DNA of 64,000 bases from Octopus vulgaris (taxonomy: Eukaryota), in contig OX597830.1 in the NCBI GenBank assembly GCA_951406725.2, forward strand, positions 34,224,001-34,288,000, in the 5' to 3' direction. Of this stretch, positions 51,572-64,000 are shown piece by piece. The notes below the pieces were generated by a model. That model saw nothing but the letters and a program-made list of their open reading frames with translations, made no database searches and was not told the DNA's origin. Positions within the stretch are counted from its first letter, which is position 1. Every line of letters begins with the position of its first letter. The position numbers were made by a program, and so were the translations under genes.

Positions 51572-51995
51572 TAGTATTTAACTGCTATTTCTAAATTTCA
51601 GTATATGGTGAAGCAATGTTGCTAAACCTTAATTATAATTATGTTTATAATTATAAAATCTTTGTATCTATACACACACATACACATATATGCATATATT
51701 ATTTACATATATATAATACATAACATCTTCATCTGTCACATCAATGCCGAGATGATAAGAAGAAAGTGAAGTGGTATGCCCACACATAAAGTACAGAGCA
51801 CTGACACTTGGCCATGTCTTCTTGGATCCCACTTAAAAGATGGTCCACTCAGATCTCTGGATATTTAATGCAGAGGAACTCCTCACAGCAATAGAAAACA
51901 AAGGATCCTATTGAAAGAATAACAGTTGTCTAGCTAAAAGCAGAAAGAGCAAGAGTCCAAGATTGAGTAACAAATCAAGTTAACAATATAAATAC

Positions 51996-52032
<37 letters not shown>

Positions 52033-52126
52033 AGATAAATAGATAGATAGATAATTATATAGAATATAATTATAATTAAGGGCACAGAAGCCACTGTGCC
52101 CATCATATATATATATATACATATAA

Positions 52127-52513
52127 GCGTAGGCATAGATGTGTGGTAAGTAGCTTGCTTACCAGCCACATGGTTCTGGGTTCAGTCCTACTGCGTGGCC
52201 AAGTGTCTTTTACTATAGCCCCATGCCAACCAAAGCCTTGTGAGTGGATCTGGTAAACAGAAACTGAAAGAAGCCCATTGTTTATATGTATATGTGTGTA
52301 TATGTTTGTGTGTCTGTGTTTGTCGCCCCCAACGTCACTTGACAACCGATGCTGGTGTGTTTACATCCCCATAACTTAGCGGTTTGGCAAAAGAAACCGA
52401 TAGAATAAGTACTAGGCTTACAAAGAATAAGTCCTGGGGTTGATTTACTCTACTAAAGGTGGTACTCCAGCATGGCCTCAGGCAAATGACTAAAACAAGT
52501 AAAGGAATAAAAG
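52127..52513 (+). mobile_element. SINE family A
   Basis: Family A head and body. Confidence 0.88.
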
Positions 52514-52523
52514 AATATACACA

Positions 52524-52569
<46 letters not shown>

Positions 52570-52752
52570 ACATCATCATCACCATAATTATCATTTAACA
52601 TTTGTTGTCCATGCTGGTATGGATTGGATGGTTTGACCAGGACTGGTAAGCTGGAAGGCTAAACCAAACTCCAGTGTGATTTGGCATGGTTTTCTATGGT
52701 TGGATGCCCTTTCCAAAGCCAACCACTCCGAACGTGTAATGGGTGCTTTTAC
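52570..52752 (-). mobile_element. RTE LINE 3' tail fragment
   Basis: catttaacatttgttgtccatgctgg..ggatgccctttcc..gccaaccact..gggtgcttttac. Confidence 0.75.
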
Positions 52753-52787
<35 letters not shown>

Positions 52788-53036
52788 GATATCCATACAC
52801 ATAGATTTATTCATACATAATATATATGTACATATTAAGAATATTTGCAAGAACATAAGGGGTGTTGATTTAAAGGTACATCACCAGGCTAGTAGATGGA
52901 TTTGAACTCTGAGCCTTTGTGTCAATAGTCTTGCATCTTATCCAATCAGCCGCAGAATTTAATTTTCACTCTATGTACATGCTTGAATACGATTTTCTCA
53001 TCTTGTGTTTTTCATTTTATTTTATTTTATTTTATT

Positions 53037-53067
<31 letters not shown>

Positions 53068-54203
53068 TTTTAACATTTGGAGAGATGGGGAAAAAATTAA
53101 CAATGGAAACAATTAAGAAAAGAAAACGAAACAAAACAAAATAAACAAAATAAAAGTACTATAAATCAGAATTGAAATTATGCTTAATTTTTATTATAAT
53201 TATTATTTTTAGTTTCATTTTGTTATCATTATTATTATTATCGTTGTTGTTATTATCAATAGTAGTCTTAGTATTATTATTGTTATTGTTGTTAATCATT
53301 GTCCTTACTTTTTTTTTTTTAATTTTTATTTTAAGCTAATTTCATGCATGAGCGAGGAATGGCTATGGTAGAATGTATTTTGATGCAGTTGACTGCAATT
53401 TCTAGAATAATAAAATAACATTTTTGACAGTTTTGTGTCAAATCTTTGTTTCAAGAACAGGATAATGTGTGGTAATTATTTCCTCATAAATGTGCAGATT
53501 GTCTATTGGTGCAGCACTATTGGAAAGCAATTAGCTTGCTATTGGCAATTTATCATAATTTAGATGAATGTAACTTAAGACAACTGACATGGTAGCCACC
53601 TCTTAAATACCTTACTAAAAAACATTTCCGTCATCGTTGACCATCTGGAATGTTCCACTTCGTGAAAATATAAAATTATAAAAAAAAAAAATTAGAAAAG
53701 CAACCCACAAATACATTATAAACATATGTATATACATACATATATATATATAGATATAAATATATACATGCATATATACATATACATACACACATATAAA
53801 CACACAAATGATGTTGTTTATGTACATTCATACATTTTACTGTGACTTGGGAGATGAAGATGAGAATTAGAGAATGAAATTATGTTTTGTTATTTTGGTT
53901 GTTTGTTTGAGGGTTTTTTTTTTTTGCTGCTTAATTATTTTTCAGATTTAACTGTTTCTTTATATATTTATTCAAGATTTTATTTAATTATCAGAGAATT
54001 CTGAGTATAAACAGCATATAAAGTGTAACAGAATTAAACTAAACTTTAGATGCAAGTTCAAACCTCAGTGTCAAAGTTGAATTTAATTTCTCATTGGAAC
54101 CCATTCAATTTGTGGGAGACTCCATGTGGATGTTCCCTTTGCTAGAAATAGCTGGCAATTCTCTTCATATTACTGCTTTCTATCATAAAAATTGAACAAT
54201 AAG

Positions 54204-54615
54204 TGCAGGAGTGGCTGTGTGGTAAGTAGCTTACTTATGAACCACATGGTTCCAGGTTCATTCCCACTGCATGGCACCTTGGGCAAGTGTCTTCTAATAT
54301 AGCCTCGGGCCAACCAAAGCCTTGTGAGTGGATTTGTTAGAAAGAAGCCCGTTGTATATATATATATGTATGTATGTATGCATGTGGGTGTATATGTTTG
54401 TGTGTCTGTGTTTGTCCCTCCAACATCACTTGACAACCGATGGTGGTGTGTTTACATCCCCGTAACTTAGCGGTTCAGCAAAAGAGACCGATAGAATAAG
54501 TTCTAGGATTCCAAAGAATAAGTCCTGGTGTTGATTTGCTCGACTAAAGGCGGTGGTCCAGCATGGCTGCAGTCCAATGACTGAAACAAGTAAACGAGAA
54601 AAAAGGAGAAAAGAG
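54204..54615 (+). mobile_element. SINE family A, full length
   Basis: GCAGGAGTGGCTGTGTGGTAAGTAGC head and family A body. Confidence 0.92.
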
Positions 54616-55519
54616 AATACCTTAGCTTATGTAATTAAAGTACAATAATACACAAAGGGAAAAATATGAAGCAGAGACATACTGGAAAATGTAGACTAGA
54701 GTACAGAGTACCTTAGAAAGTCAAAAAAGAGCAATGAACATTGCTGGAACATCTTTATCTTGGGTCTGCTCATTCAAGACTGATCCTGGCTTTAGACAAG
54801 AACAACATTTATCTTTATTAAACTTGAAGCTGACTGCCATAATAGGTCAATATTATAAAGGCGAATCCTTATGAATATCTTTGTTTAAATTTATTCCTCT
54901 GGTGCTTTTTTATATTTCATTTTTGATCATTCATCATATAGATTTTATTTCCCAGACCCAGTTGAACCGTCCAACCCATGCCAGCATGGAAAGCGAACGC
55001 TAAACGATGATGATGATGATATATATATATATACACTTATACATACATCTCTCATTCCTTTTTCACTCCTCTCTACTTTGCACCCAATTTCCCAAGATCA
55101 CTTTTCTCTTTCTTCTTCCCTCTCTTTTTTCCCCCTCTCTCTCTCTCTCTCTCTCATCCTCCCTTTTCTTTTTCCTGATGAAGGACTAGCATCTGAAGAA
55201 TTAAAAACCCTTTCTTTCAAGTATAATAATAATAATTCTCTTGTTAAAGCTTGTCCATCTTGTGTTTTTTCATATCAATGATATTTGTTTTATAAACAAA
55301 GATAGTGAAATGACAGGGTGATCAACCTGTTGGATAGATTGTCTCATAGTAAAGTGTTCTGGTACTTGGTGTTCTGAGTTCAAATCCAGCTTTGCCTTTT
55401 ATCCTTTTGGGATGAATAGAAACTGCACCAAAGGAAACTGTTAGAAGTTTGGCTTAAAAGCCTTATTGTATTTGTTTAGGGTTCTGTCACTCTCTTAGCA
55501 AAATCTGTAAGACACCAGT

Positions 55520-56030
55520 GCCAGGCTGTATCTGCTCAAGTCGACTGATTTTTTTTCTTGGATAGACAATGATAACTTGCAGAGGTGAGACTTATAGACA
55601 TGGACAACTACAAGTGTTCCTCGAGCACATCTTGCTTAAGCCAGTGCAGATGTGCACAGCTAAAAGGGACTCTTCAAACGTGCCTATTAAATATTTTATG
55701 GAATCCATTCCTACAGGGAAATTGCTTATCCTCAACACAAAGAACGATCTCCTCTACACAAGTTTCTACATTAAAGGAGAAGGGGTGTGTGAACCACAAC
55801 ATTCTCCTGTGGTATTTTCTTTTAGTGGTGTTTAGAGTGCAGTGAGTAAATGATCCTATCTTTAAAACTGCTGTGCGATATGGTCTGTGTAGTACGAAGT
55901 AGTGGCATTGGAGAGTTCTTTATTTGAAAATAGGTTGGAGGTTCTTCTGCTGACTCACTTCACAAAGTTTCTGAACGTTATGGCTGGATGATATGAAGCT
56001 AGGAGAGTCAAGACTATTGAAAAGGTTGCA
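55520..56030 (-). pseudogene. PLE RT-thumb/linker pseudogene fragment
   Basis: SYHPAITFRNFVK*VSRRTSNLFSNKELSNATTSYY and KRKYHRRMLWFTHPFSFNVETCVEEIVLCVEDKQFPCRNGFHKIFNRHV*RVPFSC match PLE motifs SNHPP..I..SxRI..LSS and R.IIWFNPP.S..V.TN.G..FL..IDKHFP...LHKIFNRNT.K.SYSC. Confidence 0.8.
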
Positions 56031-56711
56031 AGAAGCAACGAAAATTTTAGGAAAAAATAAATAAGAAGTAAGTGGAAATTTTACCAGTGTGTGTGTTAAA
56101 TTATAAGGCACAAAAAGAAAATGACTCTCCCCAGACACAACAGAATAAGCTAAGATCTATTATCTACATAATATATTCTACTAACAGTGCGATATGGTCA
56201 GTGGCACATCATTTTTACATGTCATGAATGTCAGAAGACATTAGTGATGATAGCCGATAATAATCCAAGGTTTTGATGAGAACAGTCTGAATAGTCACTT
56301 CTGGAGTGCTTTTAGGTCTGGGTTTATGAGCGGTTACTGAAAGTACTAGGTCTGGCAGTGTTAGAGAGTGGCACTGAATTTGGAGAATAATTCTGCAGGT
56401 CTGGCCATAATGTCGGTGTAGGTAAGCTATAAAATCTGTCCAAGACATGTGCAGCTTAATGAAACAAGCTGGCAGATATTTGTTCTGTATCCAAGCATTA
56501 CTGATCTGATGTCTTAGGTATGGATGCAAGGGACCTGGTATTAACCAAAATTATCATTAAGATCAAACCACCACTTTCAATTGGCAACAAAAAGCAGGCT
56601 GCTTTCATTTACGTGGTGGCTAAAAAAAAGGATTACAAAGTGGATGTGGTTGATAGGTTTGAGAACAGATATATGTCTTTCAGAGTAAGCTCTCAATCAA
56701 TGATTCAAATA

Positions 56712-57143
56712 CTTACTCTTTTCCCTTTACTCTTTTACTTGTTTCAGTCATTGACTGTCGCCATGCTGGAGCACCACCTCTGGTTGAGCAAATTGACCCC
56801 AGGACTTATTCTTTGTAAGCCTAGTACTTATTTTATTGGTTTCTTTTACTGAACTGCTAAGTTACGGGGACATAACACACCAGCATTGGTTGCCAAGCGA
56901 TGTTGGGAGGACAAACGCAGACACACAAACGTATACACACACACAAACATATGCACACACATACATATATATATATACATATATACGACAAGCTTCTTCC
57001 AGTTTCCGTCTACCAAATCCACTCACAAGGCTTTGGTCGGCCCAAGGCTATAGTAGAAGACACTTGCCCAATGTGCCATGCAGTGGGACTGAACCCGGAA
57101 CCATGTGGTCGGTAAGCAAGCTACTTACCACACAGCCACTCCT
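56712..57143 (-). mobile_element. SINE family A, full length
   Basis: Reverse-complement family A. Confidence 0.92.
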
Positions 57144-57548
57144 ACTTCTTGAAGAAAAGAATAAGGGTAGAACGTTAAGTGCTGCTCTCCATTGAATGTT
57201 ATGAAAGTTGGGAGAGAACAATGAAATTGCTAAGTTTACACTAAAATATGCAATTGTAGACTGATGGGAGTCACTTACTTTTGATGAGTCAGAGTCATTC
57301 AACCTTTTTCCATGGAGTACCCCAAATTATTCTAATTCAGTTACTGGTTTCAGTTTTTGAATTGCAGCTATACGATGGTATTGAATGGGTGTTACATGAT
57401 TATTTTGTTTGCAGTATGTGGTTTAGTATTTATTCTATTGATTTCTGTTTACTGAATTACTAGGTCCTAAAGTACCCTGCAGCTGGGATAGAACATGTGA
57501 CTGCATAGTTGGAAAGGAAGCTTCCTTACAACACATCCTTGTTTACAG

Positions 57549-57934
57549 TTACTCTCTTTACTTGTTTCAGTCATTTGACTGCGGCCATGCTGGAGCACCG
57601 CCTTTAGTCAAACAAATCGACCCCGGGACTTATTCTTTGTAAGCCTAGTACTTATTATATTGGACTCTTTTGCCGAACCGCTAAGTGACGGGGACATAAA
57701 CACACCAGCATCGGTTGTCAAGCAATGCTAGGGGGACAAACACAGACACACAAACATATACACATACATATATATATATATATATATGACAGTTTCCGTC
57801 TACCAAATCCACTCACAAGGCATTGGTCAGCCCGGGGCTATAGCAGAAGACACTTGCCCAAGATGCCACGCAGTGGGACTGAACCCGGAACCGTGTGGTT
57901 GGTTAGCAAGCAACTTACCACACAGCCACTCCTG
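57549..57934 (-). mobile_element. SINE family A, full length
   Basis: Reverse-complement family A. Confidence 0.92.
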
Positions 57935-58466
57935 TGTCAAAAATTATGACTGTTGTTTGCAAGCAAAGATGATTTAGTGTTACACAGAGATACATACAAA
58001 CACATATAAATTCATGTATGTGTAAACAGTTCATGAACATTTCACAAATAGTACGGGGTGTAGGTAATAGTCATGTCATCTTATTTACTAGCCATGAGTA
58101 ATAGCAAATGGGTGATGCAGCAAATTATTACAAGAATCATTAGTATTTTTTTTGTTGTTATTGTAGTTACTGGTGATATTTTTATCATTCATAGTAGTAA
58201 TTTAAAAATGAAAAAAAATCAGTTATTTTTCATATATTAACTTATGTATTCCTTTATTTTATTTCTTCAACAATTCACTTTTTCTTACATGAAAAATAGA
58301 CAATATCAATCATTTTATTTTTAATAAATTATTTTTATTTGGCTAAGTTTTTTTATGACACTTTTCATGTCATAATCCATTTAATATTTTCAGCTTCAGT
58401 TTACAGCATTGGGTAAAACATTTCACATTATTTTGTTGCATTTCTTTATATGAAATGCAACAAAAT

Positions 58467-58868
58467 GCAGGAGTGGCTGTGTTGTAAGTAGCTTGTTTAC
58501 AAACCACATGGTTCCGGGTTCAGTCCCACTGTGTGGCACCTTGAGCAAGTGTCTTCTACCAAAGCCTCGGGTTGACCAAAGCCTTGTGAGTGGATTTGGT
58601 AGACAGAAACTGAAAGAAGCCCGTTGTATATATATATGTATGTGTGTGTATATATGTGTGTTTGTGTTTGACCCCCCAATATCACTTGACAACCAATGCT
58701 GGTGTGTTTACGTAACCGTAATCTAGCAGTTTGGCAAAAGAGACTGATAGAATAAGTACTAGGCTTACAAAGAATAAGTCCTGGGGTTGATTTGCTCAAC
58801 TAAAGGTGTTGCTCCAGCATGGCCGCAGTCAAATTACTGAAACAAGTAAAAGAGTAAAGAGTAAGAGT
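58467..58868 (+). mobile_element. SINE family A, full length
   Basis: Family A head and (AAGAGT)n tail. Confidence 0.92.
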
Positions 58869-59544
58869 ATACTGATCTCAAATTGCCCTGAAGTCTGCTT
58901 TGCATTCATTGTTCTATAATGAACCATCCTCATTGTTTTAATTTTCACTTTTCCATTCTTGCATGGATTGGATGGATTTATATTGTGCTAGATTTCCTAT
59001 AGATGTAATCCTATCTAGACATCAAGCCACACTTGTTTCTAAGCAAAGTATAATTTTCTTCATGGGAAGATATGATTTCATGGAAGACTGAGAACAAATG
59101 ACATTGCTTAAGAGACAGTAAGCATCATTTACTTCTAGCATGCAATGCGAAGGCAAGAAAACACTCACACAGGTATATATATATACATATATATGTGTGA
59201 AATTAAATAATATGGGTAGAAATTGATATTAATCAATTAAAACTAGTGGCTTAGCATATTTAAAAAATCCGAAGATTAAAAATTGCATCACATACAAAAT
59301 TAAGAGAAATGACCACTAAAGTGGACACCTAATATGCTAAACATAGATGTCAAATTGCCATTACCACAAATCCTACGTATTTAAATAGCTCTGAGGAAGC
59401 AATGTCTCACAAGCATGTTGCTCAGAGTGCAGAAGCTTCATGTTACAGAAATAGATATGAATTGATTAAAGAGTTTTATAAATCTTATTCTTTCTTCTTT
59501 TATTAATTGATACACACACACACATATACACACACACACACTCA

Positions 59545-59880
59545 TTTTATGGCTTGGCTCTCCATCAGTTATGTTGAGGAGTGTTCCAGCTGATTTGATC
59601 AGCTGAACAGCCTGCTCATGAAACCAACATGCAAGTGGCTGTGCACTCTACAAAAATGCTGATACTTAAATTAGTTCTCAAAGAGACTCAGTGTGACACA
59701 AAGTGTGTTAAGGCTAGCCCTTTGAATTACAGGGACATCTTATTTATGCCAGCTGGATGGACAGAAGCAATGAGAAATAAAGTGTCATGCCCAAGGACAT
59801 AACAGGCCACTGGGAATTGAACTTATGACCTTGTGACCATTTGCTGACTACCCTAACCACTGAGTTACTTGCTTTCATGC
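59545..59880 (-). mobile_element. SINE family C, tail type 2
   Basis: Homologous to 62085-62400 (ccagctgat..gcaagtggctg..cagtgtgacaca..gccagctg..gaattgaact..ccctaaccact). Confidence 0.8.
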
Positions 59881-60034
59881 AAGTAAATGTAATGAGAAGC
59901 AAGTTAGATAAGCTAGTTTACGCAGAATATTAAATACATTTAAAAGAAAAAAAATGTACAGAGTATGGATATAAAATAGCTCAACTTACAGAATAAAAAT
60001 GATAATAGGAATTAAATGGGAAGAATTTTACGAG

Positions 60035-60125
60035 TCCAACAGCTGTTTCTGAGGACTTGATGGTCTGTAATAATGATAGTTACTTGAATCCATTATTAGA
60101 TAACACTGCCTCCATCTTCAGGGGA
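60035..60125 (-). ncRNA. Hammerhead-like motif with long stem II, inside a ~105-bp inverted repeat
   Basis: CC-CUGAAGA-UGGAGG...CCUCA-GAAAC-AGCU-GUU/GG; stem I has only 2 bp. Confidence 0.5.
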
Positions 60126-60499
60126 GAATTTTACATTTGAGGTGTTGACAGGAGGGAGTTAAAGATGGAAGTCAGACTGTTTTTTTATCCATAAACATGT
60201 ACATCTTTTTCTATTAAATGTATTTAATATTCTGTATAAATTGACTTGCCTAACTTGCTTCTCATTACATTTACTCATCTACTAGCTCAAGTTCAAATGT
60301 CTTGGGTACTTTGAAGTGTATTCTATATAGAGAACACCTATCTCTAACCTATATACACATATATACATAATACATATACATATATAAGGTTTGGGGGAAA
60401 TCCTCGATGCAGTGACAACATTTAAAGAATTTTTTTTTAAAGTTATTAACTATTTAAAAGTTTATTTTAAAAAACTAAATATCACAACATTTTGGGAAA

Positions 60500-61200
60500 G
60501 GACTTTTCAATCATGTGTAGTTTGTGAGTAAACACTTTTATTGTTCAACTTTTCAATACACATTTCCTGATCTACTCCATATAGAGGAAGTTATTTCTAG
60601 TTAGGGTGTTGATTATTTCTGACGTAGTTTCAGGTTTAGGATTGTTATGAAGTATTCTTTTCCTTTTTCACAGCCGATCGTTTTCATCTTTTATATTGTA
60701 AAAATGGAATATTTTGAATATTTGATTTGCACAAATATCTAGACATACACTGCATGGAATATTTCTGAGAGATGAATCTTTAATTTACTGCTTGTGTACT
60801 CTCACACAGTTGGTTAGCTTTGTTCCTGTTTCTCTAATGTAATTCTCATTGTGTTATGAGCATGTGAAGCTATAGAGGAGATATGTTTTGTGATTCATGC
60901 TGACATTCACTCTCAGTCACTTTTCACTCTTGAATTTTTTGGTTGTTCCTTGTCCAATTGTTTCACACAACCCACAACAAGGGTCTCTACAGTTTATCTG
61001 CATTATTTCTTTCTTTGATATGAATCTCACCTTTCATAGGGGTCTTTTGAAATTTGGTGGCTTACTTTGGCGATTGATGATTTGTGATTTGTTATTGATT
61101 TGTGAGATATCCAATGACTGATATAGAACTGGAAGTATCCTTTGGACAGGTGTAGGATGTTGTGGTTCCTGAAATAATGGGTTATTATAGAGTTGTATAC
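60500..61200 (-). pseudogene. PLE Cys-linker plus GIY-YIG endonuclease pseudogene (Neptune-like)
   Basis: KSQIINRQSKPPNFKR..CRDPCCGLCETI..YLLYSFTCS*HNENYIRETGTKLTNCVRVHKQ*IKDSSLRNIPCSVCLDICANQIFKIFHFYNIKDE matches LIY...C..C...YIGETG..L..R...H. Confidence 0.85.
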
Positions 61201-61506
61201 AGGATTATAGTATTGTATAGCGTATACATTCATGCATACACATATACATACACTGTGTTGATATATATATATATATATTTGTAAATATATATCTGTGTGT
61301 ATATATGTAAATGTATATGCATGTATGTGTGTGTATGACTATGTACATATGGGGGGGGGGGATAAATATATCTATATATATTTATACATAAATGTATATA
61401 TATATATGTATATATATATTTACAAGTGGTTGGAGAAATGAAAGGGCACTAAATCGATTTATTTGGAGTTACATGTATAGATCAAAACTGTTTGATCCAA
61501 ATTCAT

Positions 61507-61547
61507 TGGTACTCTTGAGTTTCAAGCATGATGCTAGTCGTCAGCCA
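61507..61547 (-). ncRNA. Minimal type-I hammerhead motif, left arm of an inverted repeat
   Basis: UGG-CUGACGA-CU-AGCA(UCA)UGCU-U-GAAAC-UC(AA)GA-GUA/CCA. Confidence 0.7.
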
Positions 61548-61908
61548 TTTTGAATTTGAATGACAGAATTTGAATGTTATTACTGTAAGGTGGGCTGTGA
61601 TTGGTCGGGGAAGGTTACGTGGTGTTGTGGATTGATGCAGGTATATGGGTAACAGATAGCTGGAAAATACCACATTGTGAACAGGAAATTGACCATGTGA
61701 AGGACTGGAAATGGTCCACGTGGCGATTAGGAATTCAGTTAAGTTGTTAGGGGTGGGTAACTAGGTGAGGGTGGCATGTGCAAGTATATAGTTGTATATG
61801 TGGGTGACTAGACATGCTCATATAGTTTTCTGTGCATATATATATATTGATGCAAGTGTGTGCATATGGACAGTAGCATGCACATGCATGTCTACACACA
61901 ATTCAAAA

Positions 61909-61949
61909 TGGCTGATGACTAGCATCAACCTTGAAACTCAAAAGTACCA
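61909..61949 (+). ncRNA. Minimal type-I hammerhead motif, right arm, more decayed
   Basis: UGG-CUGAUGA-CUAGCAUCAACCUU-GAAAC-UCAAAA-GUA/CCA. Confidence 0.6.
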
Positions 61950-61976
61950 ACAAATTTGAAACAAACTATTTTGATC

Positions 61977-62077
<101 letters not shown>

Positions 62078-62084
62078 AGCACTG

Positions 62085-62400
62085 TCAGTTGTGACTACGG
62101 GAGTCCCAGCTGATATGATCAATGGAACACCTTGCTTGTATAATTAAGGAGCAAGTGGTTGAGCACTCCACAGACATCTGTACCCATAATGTAGTTCTCA
62201 TGGAGATTCAGCATGACACAGAGTGTGACAAGGCTGGCATTGTGAAATGCAGGTACTACTCATTTTTGCCAGCTGAGTGGACTGGAGCAACATGAAATAA
62301 ATAAAGTATCTTGTTCAAGGACAGAACACATTGCCAGGAATTGAACTCATGACATTGCAATCGTGAGCCAAATGCCCTAACCACTAAGCCGCATGCTTTC
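62085..62400 (-). mobile_element. SINE family C (CORE-like), tail type 2
   Basis: Minus-strand head GGCTTAGTGGTTAGGGC..GAGTTCAATTCC, then TGTCCTTGAACAAGATACTT..TTGCTCCAGTCCACTCAGCTGGCAAAAATGAGTA. Confidence 0.85.
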
Positions 62401-62404
62401 ACAT

Positions 62405-62443
<39 letters not shown>

Positions 62444-62984
62444 CACATATAAATATGGATGGATGGATGGATGTACATACATGTATATCTATTAACATAT
62501 GTATAAATATTTATGCATGCATGTATTTGTATACACACATGTATATATATGTATATGATTTTATATATGTGTGTGTGTGTGTGTGTGTGTTTGCAAGTGT
62601 GTTTATTTATTTAGCTTACCAAGATTGGTGGAGGAAACCTGCTTCCCAGTGCACTGAGCAGCACAGGGTGGTCTAAAAGCTATAAAAATACACACATTTA
62701 AGAGCTTTTGGGTGCATCTGTGTATATGGTTTTATTTCTGCTTCTCTAAAATCGCTTAGCTAAAACAGGTGACATTATTGTCACTTCTATGGTTATAAAA
62801 TGACATCTGCTGGCTTTCTTTGTGCACAAAATCTTAGTTTAAAAAGTGGCAATGGTTAGTGAAAGCCTGGTTATAACAAATTGCTTAATTACTATGTGCC
62901 AGCAATCTTTCCTAGTATGGAATTTGAATGTAAAATCAAATGAGTGAATGAATGAATATATATGCATTTTTATATGTATATATG

Positions 62985-63470
62985 TCATTGATATCCTAAG
63001 TATTTATAATCTCAGGGAGAACATGAAATGATCCTTTTTAGAAATGGCAAATCTCTAGGCAAATAACGCTATAAATTATCGAGAGCCTTTGACTTTTTCT
63101 TCCATACTGGAAGGTAAAGGTGAAGTTACTTTCTCAAGTCATACCAACTCATAAGGGCCAGTTTCCCAGTTTCATGTTATATATATTCCCGACTTGTATG
63201 GGACACTGGTCCATAGCAGGATTACTCAGTTTTGCCAGCTGCGTGGATTGGAGCAATGTGAAATGAAGTGTTTTGCTCAAGAACACAATGCATTGCTTGG
63301 TTCAGGAATTGAAACCACAATCTTACAATCATGAGTTCAACACCCTAACCACTAAGCCACGTGCCTCCACCCGGTCTACTCATATGAGTTTGAACTCAAT
63401 ATTTACATGCTGTTATTTATAACTTTATGTGTGCTTTAAGAGGCACCATTTCTAAAATGAATTCCATCCA
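62985..63470. mobile_element. Ancient foldback repeat, copy 4, split by a SINE C insertion
   Basis: Left arm ttgatatcctaagtatttataa..gagaacatgaaatgatcc..gcaaataacgctataaattat; right arm aactcaatatttacatgctgttatttataactttatgtgtgctttaagaggcaccatttct. Confidence 0.55.
63110..63368 (-). mobile_element. SINE family C, tail type 1
   Basis: Minus-strand head GGAGGCACGTGGCTTAGTGGTTAGGG..GGTTTCAATTCC and a CORE-like segment shared with 62085-62400 but a different 3' end. Confidence 0.85.
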
Positions 63471-63674
63471 TTAAAACATGTATATTAATTGCTTGTAGGA
63501 ACACCATATTTTGTTTTGCAACCATAACTTACTGTGAAGTTTACAAAGGATTTATAACTCAATAGTGTGTCACTATTCCATAGAATTTAGAGCCAGCACT
63601 GGAAGTTATGTTTTGTATACATATACATCGATGTACACAAAGTCTTTGAAGATAGTAAAAGTAAGAAATGGGTG

Positions 63675-63715
63675 TATATACACATTTCAGGAGTTATTGC
63701 TCCTTCTTCAGTGCC
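63675..63715 (-). ncRNA. Decayed minimal hammerhead motif
   Basis: CUGAAGA-AGGAG(CAAUAA)CUCCU-GAAAU-GU-GUA; perfect stem II, stem I lost, probable CpG decay of GAAACGCGUA. Confidence 0.5.
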
Positions 63716-63793
63716 ACATCCAACCAATTAACTATTTATGAATATATTGCTGAAATAGTGACTAAGTTTAGCACTTATATTCAGGAATAAAAA

Positions 63794-63829
<36 letters not shown>

Positions 63830-64000
63830 CACACATATACATGTAACGCAAATAAGTAACAAGGATGTCCAGGTACCAGTGCATTATTGGCATTTCAAGC
63901 AGCTCCCAGTGCACTAATATGTCTACATCCTTGTTGCTTATTTGTTTTTATTCACCTAACTGCATAAACTATACTGAACTGGATTGGTGCCTCAATTTAA

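Overview
AT-rich, microsatellite-saturated eukaryotic DNA. I found no recognisable host protein-coding gene, rRNA, tRNA gene or CRISPR array; nearly all ORFs in the supplied track are translations of (AT)n, (AC)n, (AAT)n or (ATC)n repeats. The SINE and LINE repertoire suggests an Octopus (coleoid cephalopod) intergenic or large-intron region, which is an inference. Contents: a decayed mariner with intact TIRs and TA TSD, non-autonomous Helitron, Helentron-like and piggyBac elements, a hAT remnant, three tRNA-derived SINE families (about 40 copies), RTE, CR1 and Tx1-like LINE ends, and at least six Penelope-like element (PLE) remnants. The most notable signal is more than a dozen intact or decayed minimal type-I hammerhead ribozyme (HHR) motifs (CUGANGA...GAAAC...GUH), mostly next to PLE fragments. 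They include two homologous HHRs with an 80-100-nt insert in stem II and a compensatory change in stem I, an inverted HHR pair, and an HHR enclosed in a ~105-bp inverted repeat. Also present are an ancient foldback family at four loci and islands of unique sequence that may be regulatory. All coordinates and pairings were read by eye; repeat boundaries are approximate.
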